Assembly: GCF_021028975.2 (NCBI RefSeq)
Contig: NC_059436.1
Span: forward strand, 3,038,001-3,102,000
Direction: 5' to 3'
From: Sphaerodactylus townsendi
Lineage: Eukaryota
Length of the DNA: 64,000 bases
A model generated the notes under the pieces. It was not told the DNA's origin, made no database searches, and saw only the letters and a program-made list of their open reading frames with translations. Shown piece after piece: positions 12,585-24,840 of the stretch. Position 1 is the stretch's first letter. Each line of letters starts with the position of its first letter. The position numbers and the translations under genes are program-made.

Positions 12585-14779
12585 TTAAAAATAATTTATC
12601 CACCAAAGTAAATACAGATGCTTGTCTTGGGAAGTAAGAGAGGGCTCTTCTATTAGGGGTCAAACCAGATTAAATGTTGGATGATATTTGAATGACTATC
12701 CAGAACATTTAAACTGTTACATATCTGCTGCACCCTTCTTTCAACTTGGAACCACAGGGGGAAGTTGCCGGGTAGTTGGATTTATACAACACCTTGAGGA
12801 TACTATTAGTCACAGGTAGGGAAAACATAAGCCATAGGTGTTAAACTCGTGGCCCTCCAGATGTTATGGACTACAGTTCCCATCATCCCCTGCCAGCAAG
12901 ATGCTGGCAGGGGATGATGGGCTGTGATCCTGCTTTATCTGGAAGAACCGAATTGTTTTCCCTAATGCACTCGCTACCAGAATCCACTAAGCTAACCGGA
13001 TGTGCACCAGTCTCAAACAAACTTCAAGGCTAGTGGAACATAAATTCCATATGTCTGTGCTTCTACAATGTACATAAGTTTGTTAGAACGGCAATGTCTT
13101 GAAACCATCAGGGACTGCAAACTGCTCCGAAAACTCTGGCTGCTGCCAAATATCCTTATAACAAGACTTAATCTGAAAGCAGACCACAATTGATGTGAGC
13201 CTTCTTCAGTGTCATTTCTATTGGTTGTATTGTGTGCACTGATCCCTACTTAATTCAAATGGCATACTCAGAGGTAGGGGCATGTTTGTTTGCAACATGT
13301 CATACATGCAAACGGCGGGCTATAAATGGTGGATGAACACTGTTGGCCAGGTTTGAGGGTCTAAGGATGCCTTCACTGTCAGATGTGAGTCTGGATAGTG
13401 AGTGGAGAAATCCGTTTCTGTAGTATTTTCTCTCATGGAATTTTATTCCTGTAGTTCTACTCCTCAGATTTGGCCATCCTTAAGGAAGAGAGGGAGAAAT
13501 AAAGCAAGGCTCCCCTCATCAATCAACCTGGTCTGATTATTACCCACAATCCATCAGTGCCTAACCCCTCTGCCAAAGAGGGAGGGAGAAACTGTGAGGC
13601 ACCAAATGTTTCTTCAATTTTCAACCATTTTAATATAGGCTTATGTTTTGTTATACTATATGACCTTTTATCTTGAGCCACTTTATATAGTCTGGAATGA
13701 CAGGTTGAGTAAAAGCAATAATCAACAATGATCGGAGACTTGACCACAGAATTGGAAACATTCCTCTTGGTTATGACAAAACCACAGATCTCCTTCCTAT
13801 TTCTTGGAAACTCCTCATGGAAACAGAGAATTGCTACCTACCTGAGACTTCTCCCCCCTTAAAAGCATCCAGCATGATGAAAAGATCCGGAGAATTTGAA
13901 AGCTTACACACAGTTTTATGGCATTGTGGGTAGCTTTAAAAAATACATTGTGTGACTTTTATTTTGATTGTACCTAATGAGGAAGCCTGGGAATGTCTCT
14001 CACAAAAATAAAGCAAATTCATACATTCTGATTGTTTCACATACACTTTCTTACATGGCGTACATTTCTAAGGGTGAATTGGATCTCAGTCTGATTATTA
14101 TAAAAACTGTCCATAGGTGGCAGCAGAGTACAGTCCTGAGGCAGCCACAGGAACACAGCCCTGACGCATCTGCAAAGGATGAAAGCCGCCCTTCAGGTAG
14201 CCTCTCATTACAAACGTAATTGCTTCTAATAAAAGCTAAAGTGTTTCTAATAACAGGAAGAGAAGTAGGAAGCTACAGTTTGCGTTTTATATCCTTTTAA
14301 AAGCAACCTAAACACCTGCTTCATGATCTATTGGGCTCTTTTTTCACCGTTAGCAAATTAATGCCCAGAAGGAGCCTAGTTCAGAGCTTTGTACTTACAA
14401 AGACTAGACTAACAGACACCAGGCTTGTAGGATCAGGAAAAATATGCAGACTGCCACTGCCCCCTCATATCTGAATTACAAAGAATCCATTGTAGTTAAA
14501 GCACATTTGAATGAGAAAAAATCCATTGTAAGTGACTCTGGTGAAGAATCTTTCGTAGACAACAGCAGGGCCACTTCAGCTAACTCTGGTTAGTACTGGA
14601 CAGAAGAAGGCAGTGGTAAACCACTTATGGTTATCTCTTATACTGAAAACTTTATGATGGGGAATGGGTGAACTCCAACATCTGATTGTTTGGATGAACA
14701 ACTTGTACTCTGGACAAGAAGTTACTGTTAAGACAGAATATCAACAAAACGGAATGGTTTCCCACTGGCAAATGTGACA

Positions 14780-15280
14780 GACAAGGATGTATTTTATCTC
14801 CCTCTCAGTTCAATCTATTTGCATAACTTATCATAAGGAAAGCTGGATTAGATTTAGATGAAAGTGGAGTGAAAATTGGTGAAAGGGACTTTACCAGTCT
14901 GAGATATACTGATGATGCCACATTACTGGCAGACGATAGTAAAGACTTGAAACAGCTACTGATGAAGATTAAAGCAGTAAATGTCAAATCAGAATCATAG
15001 CTGAATATCAAGAAGACAAAGGAATGACTGATGGACAATGATACAACTTTACTTTTTTATTAAGTTTTACAGACCCCCATGGACCGCCAAAAAGACAAAT
15101 AAATCAAGCCTGAACTGTTTCCAGAAGGTAAAATTACTAAACTGAGGCTATGGTACAATGGTCACATTATGAGAACACAAGATGCACTGGAAAAGATAAT
15201 AATACTAGGAAAAGCTGAAGGTAGCAGAAAAAGAGGAAGATGTGATGGATTGACTCTACAAAGGAAGTCACAACCCTCAG
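14780..15280 (+). mobile_element. RTE-BovB LINE fragment
   Basis: Degenerate FNL...IIRKAGLDLDESGVKIG...LRYTDDATLLA...LKQLLMKIK, and downstream LKL..GHIMR..LEK.I.LGK.EG. Confidence 0.85.
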
Positions 15281-16694
15281 GGACAGTTGACAACCCTAAT
15301 CAGATTCTGCCTCTCCATTCTGCCTCTCCATGTTAAAGAGTACCTCCTTACAGGACTTGTGCTTGTGGTCAGAGTATCAGATTCTGGTCCTTTCTTGATT
15401 GGCATCTCTAGCAAGAGAAACTTGGGGATTAGACTTGTTACGAGCTCCAAGGAGCTCACAGAGGCAATTATGCCTCTCCCCTCACCCTTTTGGCCTCACA
15501 AATTAACCAGAATAAACTAAAAATGTAAGATTTCTGCAGTTTTCAAACCAAAGAGATGTTCTGTAGATGGCAATTCTTGGGTTGCTTCTCACTAGAGAAC
15601 ACTTTTGGTTCATATTTGATTTATTTACAAAGTGGGGGTAGTCAACAAGGCACAGCAGAACTGCTTCCCCAATGTGAGAGAGAGGCCCCTTCCACACATG
15701 CAGAATAATGCACTTTCAATCCACTTTCAGTACACTTTGAACCTCGATTTTACTGAGTGGGATAGCAAAATTCACTTTCAAACAATTGTAAAAGTGGTTT
15801 GAATGTGCATTATGCATGTGCGGAAGGGACCAGAGAGAAAGAGAGAGAGATTCCACACCAACACATGTCCCATTCCCCTTTTTCATTTACAAAAATACAA
15901 AATACAACAATCTTAATTCTTGAGGTACTGAGCAATACAACGACAATTGGTCACAGAAGCCCCAGTTTTGCTGTCAACAACAGTGGTTAAAAAGCGGCCA
16001 AGAACTGCAACATTTATGTGTCTGTGCTGAGAAGTGCATGTAATGCTGAATGCATATTTTTCATTTACTCTGAAGTGGCAATAAGTTCCCTGAGGGTTAC
16101 TTATGGTCCGTTTCAGCTTCCAGTTGATTTGCAAGCTGTTGCAGCAAAGCAGGGCAAATGTCCCTTGGCTACTTATTCTGATCCAGGGCATCTTGTACAG
16201 GGTTTTCTTTCTTGTGCCAGTCACATGCACTCAGCCTGATCTACTGCACAAGGTTGTTGTGAGGATAAAATGGAGAAATGGGGTAAGCAACTTCGGGACC
16301 TTCTTGGGGAGAAAGGGAGGGTGTAAAATAATAAACACATAGTACTAATGTTCCAGGTGAAGGCAATCCTTGATTGAGATACAACCATAATGAATGCATG
16401 GCTGCTTCCTTCCCTCCTTCTGACGATCCTTGTCCATAGCAGTTAGAAACTGGAAGAAGGTGGCTGTCCTCTGTGGAGATGCTTGGCTGCTTTATTTTTG
16501 TTCTTTATGTAGAGAAACATTAAGTGGTACAATCCAGTCTACCACCGCTGGGGACTACATGTATAAATGCTACCCGCATTTATGCATTTGTTTGTTTATT
16601 TTCTAGCCCAGATTCTATGAAGAGCTTGGAATGGCACACACGACTCCCCCTTCCCAATTTTATCCTCACAATAACCTTAACAGATAGATTAGGC

Positions 16695-16842
16695 CAGGGG
16701 TAGGGAACCTGCGGCTCTCCAGATGTTCAGGAACTACAATTCCCATCAGCCCCTACCAGCATGGCCAATTGGCCATGCTGACAGAGGCTGATGGGAATTG
16801 TAGTTCCTGAACATCTGGAGAGCCGCAGGTTCCCTACCCCTG
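16695..16842. mobile_element. Palindromic hAT MITE (young)
   Basis: Near-perfect 148-bp hairpin; exact TSD gattaggc. Confidence 0.9.
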
Positions 16843-17271
16843 GATTAGGCTAAGAGAGCGTGACTCACCCACAGTCGTCCCCCCCACCCCGAGCTTCCTG
16901 ACAGAGCAAGGATTTGAAGCCAGATTTTTCTTGTTCTAAGCCCAGCCATCTAACCAAGGTACCACTTAAGCCCTAATGACAAGTTACAATGAATCCAGTG
17001 TTCAATGTGCGTTTATACATGTGCAGAGTAATTTTCACGTTACATTAAACACATGTGCAGCTGAACATATGATTTAAAGTTGACTGCTGACTATGCGCAT
17101 ATGGACTCCCAGTTCACTACTGGCCTCAGTTTAAGGTGATGGTTATGACTATGAAGCCCTAAACAGACTGGGATCAGACTACTTGAAGAAGCACCTTCTG
17201 CTATATAGACTGGCCTGGGTGCTGAAGTCATGAAGCGGGGAGCCTGGTGGTGGTCCCTTTTCCCTCTGAGG

Positions 17272-18205
17272 AAGGGGCATAACGAGGTAGCCCTGGGCAA
17301 ACTGTAGCCCTGGGCAAAACCTGAGTTGGATGCCCTCCCCCCCATGGGCAGCCACTCCACCATGCCAAAAATTTTTTTGCATCAGGACATTGGTGCCTGC
17401 AGGGGGTGCATTTTTAGACATATCAGCACCAAAATTTCAGCATATCATCAGGAGACTGTCCTTAGGCTACTCCCCAAGTTTGGTGAGGTTTGGTTCAAGG
17501 AGTCCAAAGTTATGGACTCCCAAAGGGGGTGCCCTATCCCCCATTGTTTCCAATGGGAGCTAATAGGAGATGGGGCTACAGTTTTGAGGGTCCATAACTT
17601 TGGCCCCACTGAACCAAACTGCACCAAACTTGAAGGTGCCATCATCTCAGATGATACCCTGAAATTTTGGTGCTGATACCATCAAAATGCGCCCCCCTGC
17701 AGAGCTTTATCTAAATTGCTTAAGAATCTTTGTTCTGCATTGGAGTTTTCTGTATTGCTGTCAATGGGGGTTTTTAGGCTGTGGGGGCACATTTCTGAAG
17801 GCACAGAGCTCAAAACTTTCAGGGTCTCATCAGGGAGACTTCTAATGATACCCCCCAAGTCTGGTGCAGTTTGGTTCAGGGGGGCCAAAGTTATGGACCC
17901 TCAAAACTGTAGTCCCCATCTCCTATTAGCTCCCATTGGAAACAATGGGGGATGGGGCACCCTCTTTGGGAGTCCATAACTTTGGACTCCCTGAACCAAA
18001 CCTTACCAAACTTGGGGGTTGCATAAGGACAGTCTCCTGATGATACGCTGAAATTTTGGTGCCGCTAGCCTAAAAACTGCGCCCCCTGCAGGCCAAAAAT
18101 GGAAAACCACTAAAATAGCCAAAAACGAACCCAGCATTTTGATGCCCCCCACAAGGTGATGCCCTGGGCAGCTGCCCACCTTGCCCAATGGGCATTATGC
18201 CAGTG
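17272..18205. mobile_element. Non-autonomous hAT-like element with long internal inverted repeats
   Basis: Exact 8-bp TSD ctctgagg; internal inverted repeat ~17396-17626 vs 17862-18092. Confidence 0.8.
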
Positions 18206-18902
18206 CTCTGAGGTGAGGGGGGCAGGGGCTGATTGGAAGGCGTTCTCTGTGATAGCCCACACTTTATGAATGCTCTCCCATTGGAGGTCTGACAGGCACC
18301 AACATTATATTTCTTTCAGTGCCTGGTTAAGATCTCAATTTGTTGCTCAGATGTTATACTGATTTATGTCACTTACCCCCAGACCACTAAATTTTTGGAA
18401 TGGGGGGGGTTGTTAAGGAGGGGGTGGGTTTTGAGGCATCAGTTTTAATTGTCCTTAGGTGCGTTTTCAGGAGACATTTTATATGTTGATCATGATGTCT
18501 TTACTGTAATTTTTAGATGCATTATTATATTGTGTAACCCACCCTGGGATGTATTTGAAGGGCAGGCTAGAAGTTTACTAAATAAACAAACAAATATTTA
18601 TCCATGTGCTGCTCCCCAGTTTTATTTGTAAAGTGAGCATGTGTTGGCTCTTTCTTACAAACAGATGTAAGCAAGCGCATGCAGGATGGACATGCATTCA
18701 CTGTAATACGTGGACAGGACTTAAACTCCATATCTGCAAAACCCTTGGCTGTGCAAATTGCTTTTTAAAAATTACAAGTTCCATATTCTTCCCCCTCCCC
18801 ATTAAAGAAAGGAAATTAATAGGACTTTTCCATCATGCATGACATACTGTTTGAAACCAGCCAGGCTCATAATACAGCCTCTTCCTTTTCCATTCTGTCT
18901 TT

Positions 18903-19042
18903 GGCCCCTTCCGCACATGCAGAATAATGCACTTTCAATCCACTTTCACAATTGTTTGCAAGTGGATTTTGTTATTCTGCACAGTAAAACCCAGCTGCAA
19001 AGTGAATTGAAAGTGCACTATTCTGTATGTGCGGAAGGGGCC
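18903..19042. mobile_element. PIF/Harbinger-like MITE
   Basis: TIRs ggccccttccgcacatgcagaata / tattctgtatgtgcggaaggggcc; a second copy lies at ~15684-15830. Confidence 0.7.
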
Positions 19043-19624
19043 TCTATGAAAAACTAGGCAGCCACCACCATAGTTATTTTGACCTCATCATAATGTGAAC
19101 ATGAAAGGTCTGTCACAGCTATTGCAAAAAGCAGTAGAGGTGTATTCTGATCTGCTATGGAAAATGCTTTGGATTGCGATGGTCCGCATGCCACGTTAGT
19201 CTCTGCCAGGTTTGATTTTGGATGGCGTTTGCAAAGTCCCTTGCCCTTGTATCATAAAATTTGAAACATTTAAATAACTTTTTTAAAAATGCTAGCATTG
19301 CATCAAAAGTTACTTGAAAAAAAATGACTGCACAAATGCAGAGTTGGCAGGATAGGAAAATGCTGTTTGGCAAGGGAGTAAATGCGGCGTGATCTCCCTA
19401 AGCAGGGGAGAAGCAAACAACGCTGATGTGAAGAGCCCTGTCTGGAATTCCTGCCACCAACTTACATGCTGACCTTTAAGAGGGCCAATTTTCAGAAGCA
19501 CTCAGTGCCCCCAAAGGAATTGATATTTTCCTTAGCCAGAGTGGGCTTCTGAAAGGTCACATTTCCCAAGGTGTATCTTATACAACCCAATCAGTATACA
19601 TGGTGTTGTTTACTGAGTTTGGTA

Positions 19625-20482
19625 AGCCAGGTCTCTGCCCCAAGGAACTTAAAATCTGTCTTTTTATATCCTTTTCTGTATTTACCAAGGTCAGATAAAA
19701 TGTGGGCCTAGGGTTGCCATTGCAAACCTCCAGGTGACAGGTAGAGATCTCCTGCAATTACAGTTGATCTCCAGGTGTAAGAAATCTGCTGGAGAAAATA
19801 GCTACTTTGGAAGGTGGACTCTGTGGTATTATATGCCAAGTCCTATTTGCTTGACAATGATCTTTCTTTTTTATTTTTATTTTTAAATAAATAATAAAAG
19901 TTAATATAATAGAAAAAGAGATTTTAAAAAGGATCCTGTCACAGTTTTAAAGACTAAGAGAAGCAACAGAATTATATATATTAACCAACAGAATTATTCT
20001 GTTGGTTAATATATATAATTCTGCTGCTTCAGAATATATATAATTCTGTTGCTTCCGTTGCAACAGAATTATTCTGTTGGTTAATATATATAATTCTGTT
20101 GCTTCTCTTAGTCTTTAAAACTGTGACAGGATCCTTTTTAAAATCTCTTTTTCTATTATATTAACTTTTATTATTTATTTAAAAATGGCAAAATAAAAAA
20201 AGATCATTAATCAACTGTGGAACGCTCTGGGAATCCACATTAATCAAGCAGGAATTAGAGGACTTGGCATACTACACCACAGAATCCACCTGCTCAAAGC
20301 CAGCCTGGCCTATCCAACCGAACCCTTACACCCTGGAGATCAACTGTAATTGCAGGAGATCTCTACCTGTCACCTGGAGGTTTGCAATGGCAACCCTAGG
20401 CCCACATTTTATCTGACCTTGGTAAATACAGAAAAGGATATAAAAAGACAGATTTTAAGTTCCTTGGGGCAGAGACCTGGCT
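19625..20482. repeat. ~860-bp inverted duplication (fold-back palindrome)
   Basis: 19625-19774 is the exact reverse complement of 20332-20482; ~19881-19990 is the reverse complement of ~20075-20185. Confidence 0.93.
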
Positions 20483-20897
20483 CAATAAAATAGTCCAAAA
20501 TAAATTGATGAAAACAATGTGCAGTGTGCAAAGGAGAAATATTCAGGAAGACATTTCTATAAAGCAATCAGAAGTACACCATAATGGGATAGTCCAGGAG
20601 GGCGCTTTTATCAGGGCATAGAATTGTAGTCAATTGCAATGTTTACTGTATGCATCACCTTGCTTTTACTGCACTCTTCTACTTCTGTAATCCACTTTCT
20701 GCATGATTGCGTGTCATGCCTTAATCAGTTTTCTGTTTGCAATTTTATAATATCTGCAACCCTTGTCCTATTGCATTATTTACTGATTATTTTACACTGT
20801 TTACTTGTACTGTTTTATACTGTTGAAAAATTATTTCTAAGCTTCCATGTGCAGGGAAGGTGACATGATATAGCCCGATTTTATCAGATCTTGGATG

Positions 20898-21207
20898 AGA
20901 AGAAGAAGAGGAATAGGATGAGGAGTTTGGATTTATACTCCATCTTTCTTGTCTGTAAGGAGACTCAAGATGGCTTACAAGCTTCCCTTCCTCTCCCCAC
21001 AATAGACACCTTGTGAGGTAGGTGGGGCTGAGAGAGTTCAGAAGAACTGTGAGTAGCCCAAGGTCACCCAGCAGGAATGTAGGAGTGCAGAAACACATCT
21101 GGTTCACCAGATAAGCCTCCGCCACTCAGGTGGAGGAGTGGGGAATCAAACCTGGTTCTCCAGATTAGAATCCACCTGCTCTTAACCACTATACCATGCT
21201 GGCTCTC
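20898..21207 (-). mobile_element. tRNA-derived SINE (Squam3-like)
   Basis: Minus-strand head gagagccagcatggtatagtggttaagagc with A/B boxes; (CTT)n-like tail. Confidence 0.8.
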
Positions 21208-21257
21208 AAGCAGGGTTGGTACTTGGATGCAGGATCCCCAAGGAAAGCTCTGTAGAA

Positions 21258-21425
21258 CAGTGGTTTTCAACCTGGGGGTCAAACAACCCTTTTGCGGGGG
21301 TCACCTAAGACTCTCTGCATCAGTGTTCTCCATCTATAAAATGGATAAATGTTAGGTTTGGGGGTCACCACAACATGAGGAACTGTATTAAAGGGTCCCA
21401 GCATTAGGAAGGTTAAGAACCACTG
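21258..21425 (-). mobile_element. SPIN/URR1-like hAT MITE
   Basis: TIRs cagtggttttcaacct / aggttaagaaccactg, exact 8-bp TSD ctgtagaa, diagnostic ggtcaccacaacatgaggaactgtattaaagggtc. Confidence 0.88.
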
Positions 21426-22399
21426 CTGTAGAAGAAATCAGTGACAACACCTCTACTTCTCACTTGCTTTCAGTGATGAAGGGAGGGGGAACTGTGCCAG
21501 GGGCCTGAACTGCCCACGTGTGCCCTCCCTGCCCCCGCCCCTGCCTCCCCTTGTGACTGCAATGGCGGCACTCCGAACAAGCCACCCAGGATGTCCCAAT
21601 TCCAGCTACGCGCCTGCTTGATTTGAAAGCCCTTTGCTGGGGTCGCCATAAATCAGCTGTGATTTGATGCCATTTACATATATACAATCTTTCCTGTGTC
21701 TCAGAAAAGAGCTTTAAATGAAATAAACAAATAAATATTTTTTACAGTGTTTGCTTCCCAGACTAAGGAAACCAATGCTCTGTTTGGAATCTGTTCACTG
21801 CTGTAAAAACTTTAATAGCCAACTGCCAGCACTCTCTAGAACATTGTTAAATCCTGGAATATTGCTGAAATTACAATTTTCTTCATAGGACATGTGATTC
21901 ATTTTGCACAAGTATTTATTGATTCATATGGCAAAGCTCTGTGAAATTCATGACTGAGCTTTCTAATATGAATACAAAACTGAATACCTGTATTTGGATT
22001 TGACTTAAAAAGGGATTTGTTTCAGAGTATTTTATTTGCTGAGAAGCAAAATGTGCTCTTCTGTGATTTCATGGGAGAATCTAGAAAGGTTACAGAATGC
22101 AGATCTTTTTTACAAATGTGGATGCAATTAAAATGAATTGTTAAAAAATGACTTTAAAAAGTTAAGCTAGAAGCAGTGCATAAACACCATTCAAAAAAGT
22201 TAAATAAATAAAAATGAGCATCGGGTCATTATTAGTGTCAAAAGAAAAATTGATACTTCTAAGGCCAATCTTCCCCCACTTCTGATACATGTCATGACTG
22301 AGGCACAACAGACAGGGTGAAACTAGTATCAAGATAGTATCGAGAAAGTATCAAGATAGTATCGGCTTCCACAGGTCTGAACTGCCCAACCTTCAGTTC

Positions 22400-22990
22400 A
22401 CCGGGAGATTCGCGGGAAGAAGTCGTGAGTGGGCGCGGCACGCCAGGAGACGCTACCGCCCAATCACTGCGTTCCCTTCCCCCGAGGACCCGCCCACTCT
22501 TCCCCATGGCCCTTCTCGCCCCTCCTCTTTGCTACCCTTCCTCGCCTCCGCCGGTGACGTCACGCTGGGCTCAGCCGGCGCCATTTTGGAAAGTGGAACC
22601 TTGCGGGGGGGGAGGGGTCGGGTAAGGAGCGGAAGCCGAGACCGGGGGAAGCCCTGGAAGAGAAGCCGGCCTTACCCTGCCCTCCCCCCCGGGCGTGATC
22701 CGCTGCCATCCTTCCGCTCCGTTCCCTTTGAGGCTGCCACGGGGGGATTTTTGGGCAGCTCGGAGGGTGCTCTAACCGACCCGCGCACCATTGGGAGGCG
22801 AACATGGCAGGTAAGGGGGGGTAATGACTCTCTTTTCCCCGAGCGACCCGCGCCCGGTTCTGGAGCTTCTAGGGTGGTGGCAGGTGAGGCTGTTACATCG
22901 GTGTGCAGAGGAGCATGCAAAACCGAACTGGTGTGGCGTGCAGCTCTTTGCAGCCCGGCCCTTGAGGGGTGGGGGTGGGGGTGTTTCCGC
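22400..22990 (+). promoter_or_regulatory. CpG-island promoter / 5'UTR of PPP2R2A
   Basis: Locally CpG/GC-rich in a CpG-poor window; CCAAT 22460-22464, GC boxes (ccgccc 22456, ~22490), perfect CRE TGACGTCA 22555-22562, YY1 GCGCCATTTT 22578-22587, ETS GCGGAAG 22629-22635; no TATA box. Confidence 0.88.
22804..22810 (+). CDS. PPP2R2A: PPP2R2A coding exon 1 (ATG GCA G; Met-Ala-phase 1)
   Basis: gcgaacATGGCAG|gtaagg: strong Kozak context and canonical donor inside a CpG island; joins exon 2 in frame to give MAGAGGGGNDIQWCFSQVK. Confidence 0.93.
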
Positions 22991-23613
22991 TGCCCTTCCT
23001 TCCTTTTGCAATTCATTACCTTGTGCAAATATCTGCCCACCTGGTCTTTCTCTGTTGCATCCTTTCCCTGCAAGAATGTAAGTGGCAGAACAAGTGTTGT
23101 CTCTTCTGACCCCTCTGCTAGTTTTCCCTCCCTTTTTTCCATGCTCATCACCTCCTTTTGCTTCCTGCTTGGATTAAACTGAAGCCAGGAAAAAAAAAAA
23201 GCTTCACGTGCATTTAAAAAAATGAGAGCAAGGGATGTCTTAATTTCTGGGGGAGACAAGTTGAGAGGGAGACAGGTGCGAGGAAAAGTCTTGAAGGGAT
23301 CCGTTCAAAGGTCTCAACCTTTCTGGTCGGTGGAATTATTTCTGCAGGGCTCTGTGATTGGGCGCAGGAATTATTTAGCAGAGGATTTCTTTGGAGTGTA
23401 GGTTTGGGGCCGGGAGGGGAAGCGAGGGAAGGGGTGGTGGTCCTTGTTTGCAGAAGATTTCAGAAAGTGCCATTGCTTTGGGGAGAGGGGAGGCACAGTT
23501 TTTCCTAACATGTATGCAAAGCTGGTCAGGGTGTTGCATGCTGGTGCTTTAAAAAACCAAAAGTCATCTAATACTTTCGCATGTGAAGTGTTCTTCCCTG
23601 GCTGCTTCTAATG

Positions 23614-23905
23614 GAAGAGTTTTGATTTATACCCCACCTTTCTCTCCTGTAAGGAGAGTCAAGGTAGCTTACAAACCCCTTTCCCTTCCTCTCCCCACAA
23701 CAGACACCTTGTGGGGTAGGTGGGACTGAGAGAGGTCAGAGAGAACTGTGACTAGCCGAAGGTCACCCAGCAGGAACGTAGGAGTGGGGGAACAAATCCA
23801 GTTCACCAGATAAGAGTCTGCCGCTCATGTGGAGGAGTGGTGAATCAAACTCGGTTGTTTAGTTTAGAGTCCACCCCTCTTAACCACTTTACCACGCTGG
23901 CTCTC
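23614..23905 (-). mobile_element. tRNA-derived SINE (Squam3-like)
   Basis: High similarity to 20898-21207. Confidence 0.8.
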
Positions 23906-24803
23906 CAGAGATGTCCCAACTTGAAGAAGAGATGTCGCAACTTGCAGTTTGCTAAAGGTTGCCTTCTGGATCATTTGCAGAGACTGAAAATGCATATTTT
24001 TTGCATGCATGTTGCTCTTTCCTAGAACGGTTGTAAGGCTGGATTTAGGATTCCTCCCTTTTTTGCCCCTGATGTGCTCGCTCCTTCCCTTCTGTCTTTG
24101 CTTCATTCTCTTTTTTTTTTTCATGAATGGAAGCCAAGCCTTGAATGTAACAAGTTGTGTGGGCAGGAAAAGGGGGAAACATGCCTGAGTTTCCTTGCAA
24201 CCTGTTGTGTGTGTTTTTTTAATGCATCTGTGGCAGAAAGAGACATAATCGAGATCTAGGCCTCTGGATGGTATGTTTCAATAAGATGCATCTCAGCTGG
24301 GAGCTATACATCCTTCCGCATTCCCCTTTGGTGCCTAGATATGGTAAAATGATTCTGTGCGAAATAACAAAGGGAGATTAAAATAGACTGCTGGATTGTT
24401 CCGCCTTTCCTGTGTCCCCAGACTCTTGTCCTTGCTTGCAGAGCTGTCTTTCTGCCTTGAAGTTTTCCCTCCTCAGACTTGCTTAGGTTTGCGTGGGGAG
24501 GGGAAAGTTCTCACCATCCCCTCCCTTCTTGGCCAAGATGAAACTGTTGCGTTGCTCTTAGGGAGGGGAGAGAGAGAATGCACAAGACTTCTGGAGTCGT
24601 GAGTTAGAGGAAAAGTCCATCTTGACACGGTGTTTCAGAAACATTTCAGGAATCCGTGTTGGCTTTCTTCATCCTCTTTTCCTGTGTGAACCTAGCCTGG
24701 TTACTTGCTCTGAATGAAATGCCAGGGAGATGGGTGGTGTGTCTTGTGCATGTTTTGGTGGCAGAGTTCAAATGATTCATCATCGCCTTCCGTCGAGCCA
24801 GTG

Positions 24804-24840
24804 ATGTTGCTGAGATTTTCTCTCCGGTCCGTCTTCTACG
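24804..24840 (+). CDS. PPP2R2A: PPP2R2A alternative first coding exon (1b), MLLRFSLRSVFY + phase 1
   Basis: 37 nt ending tacg|gtagag, same phase as exon 1; peptide resembles the human isoform-2 N-terminus MFPKFSLRSMFH (recalled). The frame is open upstream to ATGs at 24750 and 24714. Confidence 0.75.

Noticed and set aside
16695-16842. pre-miRNA or terminator hairpin
   Set aside because: Has TIRs, an 8-bp TSD and several relatives in the window, so it is a MITE
22529-23259. Long overlapping ORFs (217 aa +, 195 aa -) at the promoter
   Set aside because: Stop-poor GC-rich CpG island; they run through the exon 1 donor and have no recognisable domain
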